Origin: Chlorokybus atmophyticus
Taxonomy: Eukaryota > Plantae > Mesostigma and Chlorokybus algae
Assembly: GCA_009103225.1 (NCBI GenBank)
Contig: RHPI01001132.1
Location: 186,001 to 250,000 of the forward strand
Reading direction: 5' to 3'
Length of the DNA: 64,000 nt
Part shown: in pieces, positions 1 to 13,112 of the stretch
Layout of the letters: every line of letters begins with the position of its first letter
Position numbering within the stretch: position 1 is the stretch's first letter
Made by a program: the position numbers and the translations under genes
Notes under the pieces: generated by a model
What the model saw: only the letters and a program-made list of their open reading frames with translations
Told to the model about the DNA's origin: nothing
The model's database searches: none

Positions 1-86
<86 letters not shown>
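1..86. other. Poly-C run (assembly/gap-fill artefact)
   Basis: Pure homopolymer at the window start, ending beside an N; similar runs flank other gaps in the window. Confidence 0.9.
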
Positions 87-917
87 NTCTTACCACTTGT
101 GGCCTATTGTATACCTAGATTGTAGATAATGACACAAGTTGATCAAAATTATTTATAATATGTTTAAGCCTATTTTAGGTGTCAACATTGAGTTTGTGTG
201 GCGTATGTTTAAAAAAAACCTCGTTTCTGTGGTTGGTGCAACACGCATATAATGCACCACTGTCGTATACAACCTAAATTTGGTTCATGTACAACAGTGC
301 CCAATGCGCTTCAATATGCAAATACCAATGAAAGGTTGCATACCGTATTTACCTCACAGTGCCCCTTCGATTATATTTACGCCCTTCAATTTCCCAAGGG
401 GGCACGCTGTTGGGCTGTACTATGCCCCCTGCTCGTATACCATGCATAAACCCCATAGCTATGAGTTTACCCATAAGTATCAGTACATTATAACTGAGTT
501 ACGGTTGTGTTACGTACTTAACCATGCTGGGTTACAAATAAACACAATCAAATACGGTGCGTCAACGTAATCTTGATCTGCAATGCCCCTTCCTTATAGA
601 GTGCCCGCCAAAATATAATTACCCCTTCATACATTTTGGGGGGGCACTATGTTAGAAGGGGGGCGCTATGAACGAATAAATATGGTAAGCTAACGGATTT
701 GTCTCTCGACCATTACTATCCACACTCAATCAACGAGGCATGATCTTCTGCTCAATAGCTGCTCGCTAATGATTACACACGTAAATATCGAGTTGGTATC
801 ACTTCATTGAATGCAATGCATTTTTCAACTTTGCAAATGGCATGTCATGTGTATGTACATATGTGGCTCTTGGGCAAACATGAACTCTACTTGTACACAA
901 GCATTGACGACGGAAAT

Positions 918-2602
918 CTAACACCCTTTGACACCCAACACGAACACACGCGACCGTCTTTGATACCCATCGCTCTCAGGCACACCACCACCTCCCTTCG
1001 CATCAAACTCAGCTGCACCCTCCTGATTAGCAACAAGGCCCATCACACCCGCAAACCTCTCGCTCTCGTGCAATACGCGCAGACCGGCGCTGTCAGCCAT
1101 GCGGCGCAAATCCTCATGAGTGATGCTGCGCAGAGACCAGCCTTCTCTCGCAGACCATTCGATCGTAGCTTCTTCCTGACTTGTTGCTTTGAGTTTGATG
1201 AGTCGGTACTCGTCGAGGATGATGATGTCTGCCGGCAGCATGCTGTCGGTAGCATGCTCGCGAACTCGCCTGACGTGCACGCGCTCGTACTCACCGGTCG
1301 TTAGCACCGCAGACGCCTCCTGCATGCACATGCAATCATGTGCACATTCGCACACTGCATCAACTTACCATCCAAGCCTTGCAATGGATGTGTTACTCAG
1401 CTGCAGCTTGCAATTTAACTTCCTTGTCCTTGAATCAAACCCGTGTGGCAACATGACACTGACAGTTGCACCTTGTTGAGCTCTTCATACGACGTGAACT
1501 CCTCTATGCCAAACAGGTTCAAAACGGCGCGCGAGTCCGGGTGCGGGAGCATATGCCAATGTAAATTATCCATCAGCTGCTGCTGCGATGCTCGCGCCAA
1601 CAAGTGATGGATGGACCCCGCGCACAGGAACGCCACATCAACCGCCTGCTTGATGCTCTCATCCCTCATCTGAGACATGTCCCCTTCGACCCATCTGATA
1701 GAGTAGGAGTCTTTCCGCTCATGCGCGATGATGGATTGATGAACTTGCTGGAGTTTGTGTCTGGCTTCTGCGATCATCAGCGGCGAGGAGTCGTTAGCGA
1801 TTATCCGCAGAGTGAATGGCTGCACCAGCTCGCGCGCGGCTTCGGAAAACCACCAATGCAACAGAGCCAGGATCACGCGGCCCGTACCCGACGCCAAGTC
1901 CAGCACCTGCAACACAATCAACATCGGATTCGTGCAGTCGCTTATATGTCATAATTGACTATTCGTGAAGCCTGCGCAGTGCTTGCTGCTTGTATTGTTG
2001 AAAGCAGTGTTTGGCCCAAGGTGTCAATCAAAGAGATGTGCATGCATGCGTGCACGTGTGCGCACGATGCATCGCACAAATGGATATGCTATAACTGCCT
2101 GTGCAAGCGGGGCCGGCAAGTACACGACTATGCAGGAGTGTCTGAAAGCAACGCACAGCGGTTGGATGAGGGGAGTGGATGCCGAACAAACGAACGATGG
2201 CCTTGTTAGCCGAGATGGGTGCAAGCACAACATACTGTGATGGGGACGAGCTCGCCGTTGGTGTGATGGTCGTCGATGCGTTGCCGCTTGGCCCGCACCG
2301 CTCGCTCCAGCAGCATGCAGCAGAGTGCGGAAGACTCGCTGACCTGTCCCATACACAGCAAGCACGCAAGCACGTCATCGCTAGGGTGACTGCTTTTACG
2401 CCGCCTGGCATTTGAAGCACAAATGCACACGTGCAAGCACGCGCACTTCGTATTCTGGCGGGAGGTTGTCAATAAACGTGTCGTAGAACTTTGCAAAGCC
2501 CGGGTGCGCGTATGAGTCCACCATCAATGAAGCACCACCACCATCACTGTCGTCATCCCCTTGTTGCTGTTGTTGTGCGGGACTCTCGGTAAAGGAAGCC
2601 AT
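918..2602 (-). CDS. Class I SAM-dependent methyltransferase (Methyltransf_25-like), 4 exons
   Basis: Exons about 2602-2447, 2343-2236, 1906-1472 and 1319-918 joined by GT-AG introns. Spliced read ...VPIT|VLDLASGTGRV (motif I), then IIANDSSPLM, WVEGDM and VDVAFLCAGSIHHL. An AG acceptor just before the ATG suggests an extra upstream exon. Confidence 0.8.
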
Positions 2603-3316
2603 GACAGCCTAGGCAAGATTATGTTTACAACAATAAGGGCTGATTAGAAAACCACAATCTCAATCTCAATCACATTCACATTGACAGTCGCACGACACGC
2701 TGACGACAGAGAAGAATGCATTGTTGTTGCTAGCCTGCATGTCATGCCCAAGCAGCAGCATGCGATAATTCGAGCGAGCGATACAGAGGACAGGTAATTC
2801 TATGCATGTAACCCACTCTACTTTTAACTACTGTACTGCTGGTTTTTCCGCAATGCCACAGCGCTGCTTACCGCAAGCAAACACAACGAATAGGGAGAGC
2901 CTGGTTGTTGACGACGCGGCTTTCCCCTTTCCTGCTTGCGTGCCTGCCTTCCCAGCCTCAGCCCTCACTTAAACCTCACATGGCACGGCAGCCACATGAG
3001 CCCCTGCGCACGAATGTCCTCCTCCTCCTCCTCCTCGTCGTCTTCCTCCTCCAGCACCTGCAGTGCGCATTAGCGGGTTTGTCGTGTGGTTGTCGGCATG
3101 CACTTGTGTGCGTGGGCGGCGAGGGCGACGGCGAGGGCGAGGGCGAGGGCGAGTGTGTAGTGGTGGATGAGCTGAAGAAGCAGCTAGAGCAGCAGACAGC
3201 CGGGCAAGCGCACGCTCGACAAGCGTCCGAGGAGTAGTGGTAGTGGTAGTAGTCGTAGTAGACATAGTTGTAGTAGGCGGAGGCGGAGGAGGAGGAGAGG
3301 ACTGAGGTCAGTGGGC

Positions 3317-5975
3317 ATGAGCGGTTCGCGGGGTGCTCAGGTGTGCAGGGACTTTCAAAGAGGAAGGTACGCTTGTGTATATGTGCGTGGTTGTTGCCTT
3401 TGGAGCTTTGCTTCATGCGCCGCATGTGTCTGCGTCGACCTGCTGAGGTCAATTGCACGAGCGTTTGCTTAATAACACAGCCTGCTCACGAACCACTTTG
3501 CTGGGTGCCTCAACCTTGCAAAGCTGGTAGCATTTACCAGCTTTGCAACGCAGCTTGGGTTACCAACCAATGGTCGCCGCAGCTGTGCACGCACGTAGAA
3601 TCCTGCTTTACCTTGGTACCATTAGTGTTGCAGTTGTGTAACGCTGCTTATATTCTTCTTGTCGCTTGTTGCAGAGACGCTGAGTGTAGATCACATAGCT
3701 GCTGCGCATGCAGCACCGGTTGCATGCGCAGCAGTCTGCTGTTCATCACTGCATGTAGCACAGTGTGTTATCTTTGTTGTTTAAGTCAATAATATATTCG
3801 TTCTGCAGCTGCTTCGGCAGTGCACAACCGTGCTCGCTTTAGGCAATCGTCATTACCGTGCCCATCCCTGTTGTGCCTTCACACTCAATGAGTGACAACA
3901 GTGGCCATTGCAATTGATGAGCTGTTGTTCTGCTTGTGTTGCTCCGCAGGTGCAGGTACGGTGTGAACTGTAAATTCTCGCACGCTATCCCACAAACGTC
4001 ATCATCGCAGCCTCAGGTAGAGCATTCCTCACGCAGCTCATGAAGCTGCTATCTCTCCCGCCGGTTGTGTGATATGCTTCAAGTCACTCACAAACATCCC
4101 ATCGCACTCGTTGATCTGTTCTCTCTCATATTCAGGGAGACCTGCGCTCGCGGCTGGGGCCGTCCTCCCAGCCCACAAGCAACAGCAACAACAGGCGGGG
4201 CTCAGTCACCCACTCTCTTGCATGTCGACCATCATCCCAACACCACACGTGAACCAACATGTGATTGGCAGGTTTGGTGCTCTTGCGGACGAGAGGCCCA
4301 GCAACAGCGGCCGTCACAGTCACGGCCGAGACCAGCAGCAGCAGCCCAGCAAGCCAGAGCACAGGTGCTGTATCACATGCTGGACAGATCACAACAGTTA
4401 TTGATTATGGTGTAAGTGGGGATCGGTGACACGTTCCGTCACAGGTGCGATGATGCGAGGGAGTGCAAGCAGGTAGTTGACTTGGACCTGAAGGACGAGA
4501 AGCCTGTATGGCGGTTGAGTGCGTACGGCCATTTGCGATGGTAAGCGCTGATGAGCACACATGCATGAGCGTGTCGCATGACCCACTTGTGAGCTGATTT
4601 GTCGTGGTGTTATTGACAGGGGCCAAAACCACATAAATGGCGACACGAGCCCGGAAGAGCTGCGTTACACCGCGTACGAAAGCGCTAAGTCTGGCAAACC
4701 TCTTGCACAAATTGTACGCTCTTGATGAGAGTGTCACAGCCATGTCAATGTGATCCTGTGACACAACACTACAACTACTCTCGCACAGGCGCAAGAGGAG
4801 AGGTCGCTGGTGTCGCAGAAGGACTCGCAGTTCGCCGCGTTGCTGAGAACGCCCGCGCGGGACATAGCGAGGGCGGTCATCCCGGCAACAGCGGGACAGG
4901 CTTTCGGCAGTAACAGTACTGGTAGAACTGTATTTGGTCAGACTAGCCAGAGTCCTGCTAGTGGCACCCTTTTTGGCAAAGCCTTTGGTCAGGCCGTGAT
5001 TTCTGCAACAACACCTGCACCGGTGTTCAGTCAGCAGACGACTTCTGCTCAGACAGGCATCGCCAGCTTTGGTCAAGCATCGTTCGGAGGCCAACAACAA
5101 CCACAACAAGGGAGTCTTTTTGGTCAAACGACATTCGGAGGCCAACAACCTCAACAACCACAACAAGGGACTCTTTTTGGCAGACCGATTGCCAGCCAAC
5201 AACAGCAAGCCCCGGTGTTTGGTCAGACTCCCCCAAGTCAACAGCAAGCGGTGCCGTTTGGTCAGTTGCAGACTGTGTTTGGTCAAGCAGCTCCTTCTCC
5301 TTCTCCTTCTCCTTTTGCTTCAACCCTAACACCCACTCCAGTGCCATCAACCCCAACACCGTTTGGTCAACCCGCTGCAGCGGTCAGCGCGCAACTAACA
5401 CCGCCTCCGCTGGTGTTTGGCTTGGCTTCTCTCCCACAAGCAACTCTACAGCAGCCGCAGCAAAGCCCCCAACCAGCGTTTGCTTCACCCCCATTCGCGC
5501 AGCAACCAAATGCAGCCTCTCCATTCACAGTTACTTCCAGCACGACTGAAAGTGCAACCGGCTTCATGCAACCACTCAACATAAATGCAGCTGCGAATGG
5601 TGCTCCAAGCGCTGGTATGTTCGGCTTGGTGCGTGGGGCTTGTGGTGGTGTTGCTTACAAGTTGTGCTGTTGTTGTTGCAGGTGTCATGAGTAGTAGTGC
5701 ACCTGTCAGCATTGAGGATGCGTGGAGGGCGACGGCATTTAAGCTGGGCCAGGTGGGTGTCATATGCACGCTGTCTTGCGTTGTCCCCAGCTGACTATCG
5801 AGTGAGCTTTTACAATGGTCGTACTACATTGGTGAACTGCAGTAGTTTGGTTCTGACAGATGCATTGCCACTAACGCATGCATTGCACATACCATGCATG
5901 CGTGGACATGCACACTCCAAATCTATCATCTGACAGATTCCAGAGGCGGAGCCACCAGGCCAGTACTGCAGATGA
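3317..5975 (+). CDS. NUP42: Nucleoporin NUP42/CG1/NUPL2-like (CCCH zinc finger plus FG repeats)
   Basis: Spliced CCCH finger MSGSRGAQVCRDFQRGR|CRYGVNCKFSH (exons 3317-3366 and from about 3950). Conserved DLKDEKPVWRLSAYG and GDTSPEELRYTAY blocks, many xFG repeats at 4930-5420, and C-terminus AFKLGQ|IPEAEPPGQYCR* typical of Nup42/CG1. Confidence 0.85.
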
Positions 5976-6410
5976 GTACTGCATGGTGAAGGTATGCACA
6001 ACAGTACCTCAAGAGAACACTGAAGTCAGCAGGTACTTGTGGTAAAAGCAGCACAGGTTGGTTTCCGTACACCACTACTGCTTCACATTGGGAATGAGCC
6101 AACAACCACATTAGTCATGGCACTGTGTCGATAGTGAATCGTGCATACGCATACACTCATTTGTCTTTCCTAGATACTGCCGCGGAGCTACCCTGAAGCC
6201 GTGCAGATGAATGCAACGTGAAGTTCTGCATTGCCACTACTGGAGGTCTGCTAGTAGCAGTTACGAAGGGGATCAAAAATATGGTTCTTTCTTGTTCTTC
6301 TATACAGTGCCAATGGAGCACAGTTTCGGGGTGCAATGCGCACCACTGTGTATTTGTGTGTAACTTGGTTTTGTCAACATCCTCAGGACTTTCAACAAAC
6401 CCACTTCATC

Positions 6411-8144
6411 TCAACCCTGAAGCTTCTGCAATGTGTCCAACACCTGCCAATCACCATCACCAGTGCTTTGGACTTAGAGTACAAACATGCGACGCAGTGA
6501 GCGTGACTTGAACCATACTGCAACCTTAATTTGTATTAGCCAAACACATTGGTGTCACCTGCTGTGAGTGCGATCCGGGTATGACGCGCAGCCACCGCTC
6601 TCTCAACACGCCCTTGGGGTCGATCAGATAGGTTTGGCGGGCGGAGATGGGGCCAGGCAGACCCGGGTAGTACTCCAACGCACCGTAAGCTCTGGCAAGA
6701 CAAGATGATAAGAGAATGATGCGACGCACAGTCAAGATCCATGCAACGACACTGGTAATTGCGCTGGCGCTTGTACTTGTGCGTGTGTCATTTGTGTGCG
6801 GACTGTATGTGAAGCGCATGCGGCACTGAATGCAGTGAGGAAAGATACCAAAGTCAATGCATATCTGACCATAGACAAGCTGATGACACTCGAGCTGACA
6901 TTACAGCCACATGCACAAATCACGTACTCGCTGACATTGCCCTTGACGTCAGCGAGCAATGGGAATGTGAGCTTCATCTTGTCGCAGAATTTGCGGTGCG
7001 AGTCCACGCTGTCCACCGACACGCCCAGCACTTGCGCGTTCAGACCAACGTACTTGTCTTGATCACGCTGTACGAAGAAATAACAAATACAAAGAAAATA
7101 ATCAGACAATGACGCAAGCACATACTGCAGGCATGCCCGTGCATGCCTGCACAGAATGCTCTCCCCCTGTGCTAGATGAAGCCTATGTTTTTGCAACATT
7201 GCTGAAGACTGCTGCGCATGAGAAGTAAATGAGGGGCTTAGGCGAAGCACATTGACCGCATTGCTTATCTACACGTGTCCATGCGCCGCCCACATGCATG
7301 CAGGCACACGCGCGCGTGCACCTGGAAGCGGTTGGCCTCCACGGTGCATCCGCCGGTGAAGTCGCGCGGGTAGAAGTAGAGCACAACCCATTTGCCACGC
7401 AGCCCGCGCAGGCTCACCTCGCCCTGGCCTGAACATATATAGCCATCAGCTCACGGCACTAAGCTCATTGCTTGATCGATCAACATGTTTTTGCGATTGC
7501 TTGGTGCGCATAATCACAAATGTCTCCCGTCCGCTTCAGTCGCAACACTTGCAAGAGGTAAACTCACGCACATACAAGTAGGTAAGGTGAAGGCGCGTGG
7601 CATTTGCAAGGATATGTTTGAATGGAAGATATAAACAAGCAACCAATGTGCATCAAGAGCCGCATGCAGCCCATTGTTTTAACAGTCACATAACTTACAA
7701 CACCGCTGATGTCGTTGTGAATGTTGAGTCAACACATATTGCAATCATCACGGCGACGACGGCATGTGGTCACCTGCATTGGTTGGCAGGGTGAAGTCAG
7801 GCGCAGGCTTGCCAACATCCGGCAGCAGGCTGGCGGCGCCCTCCTCGTCCTCGGCGAGCTCCCACTCGGCCAGTGCCTGCGCCCGCTGCGGCGTGCCCAC
7901 TGTCACCGCCACCGCCGCAGTGGCCGCCGCCGCCGCCCTGAGCAGCACCGCCCGCCGCCCAGAGACTGTCACATTGCTGCTGCTGCTGGTGGCATCCACC
8001 TGCTCCTCCTCACCCTTCTGTTGGCAGCGGACGGGGGAGGCGGCGGCTGCGGCCGGAGCTGGCCTTTGCTGACGCCGGAGGTGCCGGGATGGAGCTGGCC
8101 GCAGACATGCCACCGACGCCACCGACGCCGCCGCCGCCGCCATG
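6411..8144 (-). CDS. PRXQ: Peroxiredoxin Q / BCP with plastid-like transit peptide
   Basis: Spliced GKPAPDFTLPTNAG|QGEVSLRGLRGKWVVLYFYPRDFTGGCTVEANRFQ|RD...GVSVDSVDSHRKFCDKMKLTFPLLAD...RQTYLIDPKG...|VLDTLQKLQG*. Ala/Ser/Arg-rich N-terminus. Confidence 0.9.
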
Positions 8145-8729
8145 CTGGCAATGATTGTCAATGGCTTGCATGACAAAGATGTGGATGTGGTGCTGGCATT
8201 TGGTCGACGACGCAAAGCCACGTCAGCGTGCCCAGTGGACGGCACTGGCAAGTTTTCCATCAAGGTACTGCAGTCAGCTTGCTAGCACATGGGGTAAAAC
8301 AAAGGGGTCAACTTACAAGAACGTATAGGCCAAGCGTTGCTGCTGGATCAGTTGCAGTTTAATACTGTACAGGCCTGAAAGATGCAAGCATATAAAATGA
8401 GCGACCGTCGCGCATGCAGGTGTTCTCATTTAACTGATATATATAGCTCGAACAAGCACCATCTCCTCAACTCCCGAAAGAGCATGTCTCTGGTACACGA
8501 CGATGCGCGACAGTTGAAGGGCAATGAGGTTGATGAGAAGCGTGGAGAGCTCGTCGTATAGAGTGACACACCCTTGCACAAGAGAAAGTGCCTAGTCATG
8601 TTTCACATGAATCGCATTGATGCGCATGTCTTGAAAGCGCTGCAGGCAATCATAAATGCTTGTTTCCATTAAAACAGCCGCATGTTTGAAATGAGGAACT
8701 TCATGCACGTGTACTATCTGTGCAAAAAA

Positions 8730-10560
8730 AGCTTGCTGAGGTTATTTTCATGACGGACTTGCCACATTTATGACGGGAGAACCCTCTTGTTATTAACTTC
8801 TTTAAGAAGTTGCAACCATATTTTACTCTGCCAACACGCAAGAAATTAACATATCCGCTAACTCAAGCTAGCACGCATGTGCTTTGATGGTAAGATGCAA
8901 TGTTTGTGGGAACACATGTGTATCGCAGGCAGCTAACTAATTCCTTAAAACTGTGCACATTAAGATGTATAGAGACGTGAGCAAAGCAACCTGTCGAGCA
9001 TGTGACCAACACGACACATGGTTGGTTGCGCACGCAAGGTGTCATGCACAACACAAACTTTCAAGCATTTAATCACAAGTATTAATTTGTTGGCATGATG
9101 TTCCTACCAGTCACACCACTTTCGGTGCTGATGGTGTGACTGTTAAGAACACTTGCTATGTTGTTATGTGATGTGTAATGTGTGTTGCGTTAGAGCTCCA
9201 GCATCAACTACATGTTGTTTTCAAGCTGAATTGATAGCGAGCGGGACCTGGCAAATGGTGGAGAAGCACGCACTTCAAGACAAACATTGTGCGTTCGTGA
9301 CCAACACCCATCAATGATAAAGGCTGTATGGATCTTACAAGATGCTTAAGATGATGACATTTAGCTACCTCAGCCATGTCCTCAACTTGTTTTTTAATAA
9401 ACATTAATAAGCATCCCTCAATCAATCTTGTGCTGGACGAAGCATGTGCATGTGGTGAAATATGTCGTGAAGAGATATTTCACACCCCGGTGAGAACAAC
9501 AAGCCGCATGCACCGATGGAAGAGGCGCGCTCATTGCTCAGTTTTACAAGTGTGTTGCATTTGATGTTGTTACTCATCATGCATTTGTTTTATTGCTAGT
9601 TGAGCAATATTGTTGCTGACAGATGCAGCGAGAAATTGAAGATGCCTGTCAACATGCACTTCACCACCCATTATGTTGCAGAGCTTGTACACTGCAATGA
9701 AGCATTGCTGGAAGAAGTTGTGGCCCATCCTTTACTCCCTTGCAACGTAGAGCATGCATTAGCATGAAAGTAGCAGAGCGGCTATCAAGCAGAACATGTT
9801 GAAAAAAGCTTCCGTGGATGTTGGCCCAACATGCAGGAAGTCATACAATTTAATTTACCCTTCTGTGATGGGATCTCTATGCTAGAGGCTAATCATGCCG
9901 CCTTGGGGGACGTATATCACATGCTGGAGAACATGCAAGTTGCAGTGAATGATGTTGTAACATTGACTGCATCGAATGCAGCATCATATTGTTTTCATGC
10001 TTGGTGCACTACTCGACCCCAAGCATCATGCTACCATCTAATGGTAAGGTAATATCGCGCAACGAGAGCGCATAGCTGTTGAGAAAGTGCTTAAAGTATG
10101 AAACTACATGAGGCGTTTTAGATTTGCATGTTGTTGTCAAGGCGGTAGTTGACATGAAGATTTGCAGAATCTGGCGCACAACGTAAACAAGCGCAACAAA
10201 TCATGGTGGCATTGCGTTAGCTGACCATGTTTCGCAACGACCGCGAACAACTCGGAATCCATAAGCATGCACTTTTGGCAGGCTTTGCAACATCCTTGCC
10301 GCCTATAGGTTGGTGGCCATGGCGAGACTACGGTGGTACATGCTCAGCTCTGCAAAAGACGTATACAGCCATACGAGTATTATCCATTCCGCCCTTCGCA
10401 ATCGGCGGCAAGTGCCGCACGTTGAACTTTATCGTTTGTCGCCGATGTCAAACATTCGGAGCAAGCGTTGTGGTGCAATACTCGTCAGGCAGAGTGGCAA
10501 TGTGGGTGTACATCTACTTCAACCACGAATGCCATTTCTTAGTTTTGGGAAGACTTCTGA
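8730..10560 (+). pseudogene. Degenerate hAT-superfamily transposase relic
   Basis: Fragments ENPLVINFFKKLQPYFTLPTRKKL, LPFCDGISMLEANHAALGDVYHML, and dimerisation-domain-like PIGWWPWRDYGGTCSALQKTYTAIRVLSIP...VYIYFN. Many stops and frameshifts; TIRs not identified. Confidence 0.65.
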
Positions 10561-13112
10561 GTATCGTATTAACTTGCGTGCATTCTCATCAAACCAGCTT
10601 AAGGACTTGCTGGACCCCGAGATAGTCACAGCTCTGTTTGAGGAGATTGTGTACATATCATAGCAGTAGTGGTAGTGAATAGCTTGGATAGATTAACATT
10701 TTGCGCAATTGCGGTATTAATTAATACCGCAATGCTTATGTATATACGTGATTATTGTTTGATTGTATGTGAAGTTGACACATTGCCTATGTGTACTACG
10801 ATAGTACACACTTAACACTACAAGTGCATGTTATACTGCACAGCTGTAATATGCTTGCGATACTGTCACTTAGCCACTGTCACACGGGTTACGCTCCTTG
10901 CAAAATTACTTTTGTCACAGAGCGTCCTGCTAAAATACTAGGTATTGACCTATCGTAACTGTTAGGGTAATTTACCATACTAGGTAAAGACACACCCCTA
11001 GTCGTATCATACTGCTCAGGTGACTGAGAGGTAAAGAGTCATGTAACATGCATCATGACTCATGTATATTGTGTATTTAAACACATGCTGCCGCCCATGA
11101 CTTGCCAGTGTTTATATTGTTTCACACAAGCCTCAGATGCACATCTCTTCGCCTCTGCAATTATCTTGCAAGGGCAAAGGTGCAATGCACAATGCAAAAC
11201 GTGAACGTAAAATTGAAGTTTGAATCCAATATGTCGAATTGCTTCTAAAGGTGCCGATCGATTACATAATTGGTTTTATTGTTACTGAGTAAACTGCATA
11301 CACTCATTCAACCACTTTATGCATCGGTCATAAGAAGCAAGTATATACTTATCATATAATCCTTGTTACGCGTTTGTGGATATGAACGTATTGTTGATTT
11401 GTAAACACTGACGGTTACGTAGTCTGTCACGCCCGTGTAAGTTAATAACACTAACTCAATTGATTGTAGTCCATCTCAAATTGTTTCGTGCATGCTCAGC
11501 TTTTGCAGCAGTTTGGATGCATGGCTATATGCTTGCCATCCAAATCCTGTGATACATACAATGAGTTGATATGAGTGTGAGTATTTGCGTTGTATATGCT
11601 CTAATTGAAAATTGCGTGTTTCTGAATTCATTTCTCGAGGTTTTTACACAATCAGATAAATGATTGAACATGGCGTAATAACCTACCAAAGCTTTGTGTC
11701 GTCAATTTGCCATTTTACTTTCAATCATATCATGAAATATACTTAAGATAATAAACCCATTTACAAGATGTATGCCCACACCATACATGTACATATCATA
11801 TATTATAAGATTGCAAGTGTTATAGCATGTACTCAACTAGCCACTTGTCCTTTGCAAGTGCGGCTGGGCATGTGGTAACTTTCATACGCACACCAGCAAT
11901 GGGTTACAGGGTTGAAAACACCTACACTCCAAAGCTATTTGTTGAAACCAATCTTGATATTTATCTAACACACTAATGCGCACCCGCACCAACACCCACA
12001 TATGCACATGCAGCACCCAAAAATAAGTGTTACAAGAGAGTAATAACAGCAGCGTTGATGGCAGAACGTGTGTACAATCATGAATAATGTGCTTGTTGGT
12101 ATGGTTGTGCATGGGGAAACGGACACATGAGTACAAGTGCAAAGAGGAGCAAGCTCGTTGGTGTCAATTGTGTTCTCACGTTTTAATACGAAGAATTGTG
12201 TGAACATGGTAAGTGAATGGTAGCAAATCATAGTATGAGGATATTGCAAGAACAACTACCATGCGTGTGCATATTATTACCAAGCATATATGCTTGTCAT
12301 TGCTTGTGCACATTCATATGTGTACATAGTTAATATACAAGTTGGAGCACGGATAAGTATATATCATGTGAGTAATGTACAAAGAAGGAGCAAGTATGTT
12401 GCATATTATCAGAGCAATATACTAAAGGTGCAATGCTAGGTGGGTAGGTTAACTAGGAAGAGTATAGGATCAAGCAGGAGCAAGGAGGGATGAGCAGGTA
12501 ACAATAATACACAGTACATTAGTCACAACACCTGCCGACATTAGCAGGCAGATACTATCATTACCCTCACCATTAGTAGCATATCTTTGTACACACTACT
12601 AAATAATTGCACTACCAATGTACCGTTAAAATACAACCATCAAGCTGTTTGATTAACCAAAGCATTTCACCATCTATGGTGCACAGGCAGTGGACATGAT
12701 TGAAGGTGTACTACAGTGCATGTGATATGTCCTATCACTAACAGATAACCCAGCAGTTGTACTATTTGTAGAGTGGTGCAACATAACGTATGCAGGTTGC
12801 AGATTGAGCAACCTTCGCAAAAGGATGATGAGATTCATGAAAACTGTGCTGTACAAGGTGGCAAAAGCAAACTACTTACAAGCAGCAAAAGGTCTTGCCA
12901 ATATCTACCAAAACTGCACAACTTCGGATGTCATGTACAAAACACGTTTTTACACGTCCACTCCGCCCCAACTACGTGCTTATGCCTGAGCAGAGGTGTA
13001 CTGAGGCACCTGTAACAGGTAACATGTCAGTTGCATATTGTTACACATCACACTACAGACAAAGCAGAACGACATAAGCATACATAAGCACACACAGACA
13101 CACACATTAATA

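Noticed and set aside
87-800. Repeated GGGGGCrCTATG / GTGCCCC motifs suggesting a transposon end
   Set aside because: Copies are short and imperfect, and the partner end is outside the window or in the gap; not supportable.
2790-3290. Protamine-like, Cys-rich or acidic ORFs upstream of the methyltransferase
   Set aside because: Low-complexity trinucleotide repeats open several frames. Splice-like signals exist, but I could not build a phase-consistent model; may be 5' UTR or upstream exons.
5060-5290. Tandem nucleotide repeats
   Set aside because: Explained by the FG/Q repeats of the nucleoporin coding exon.
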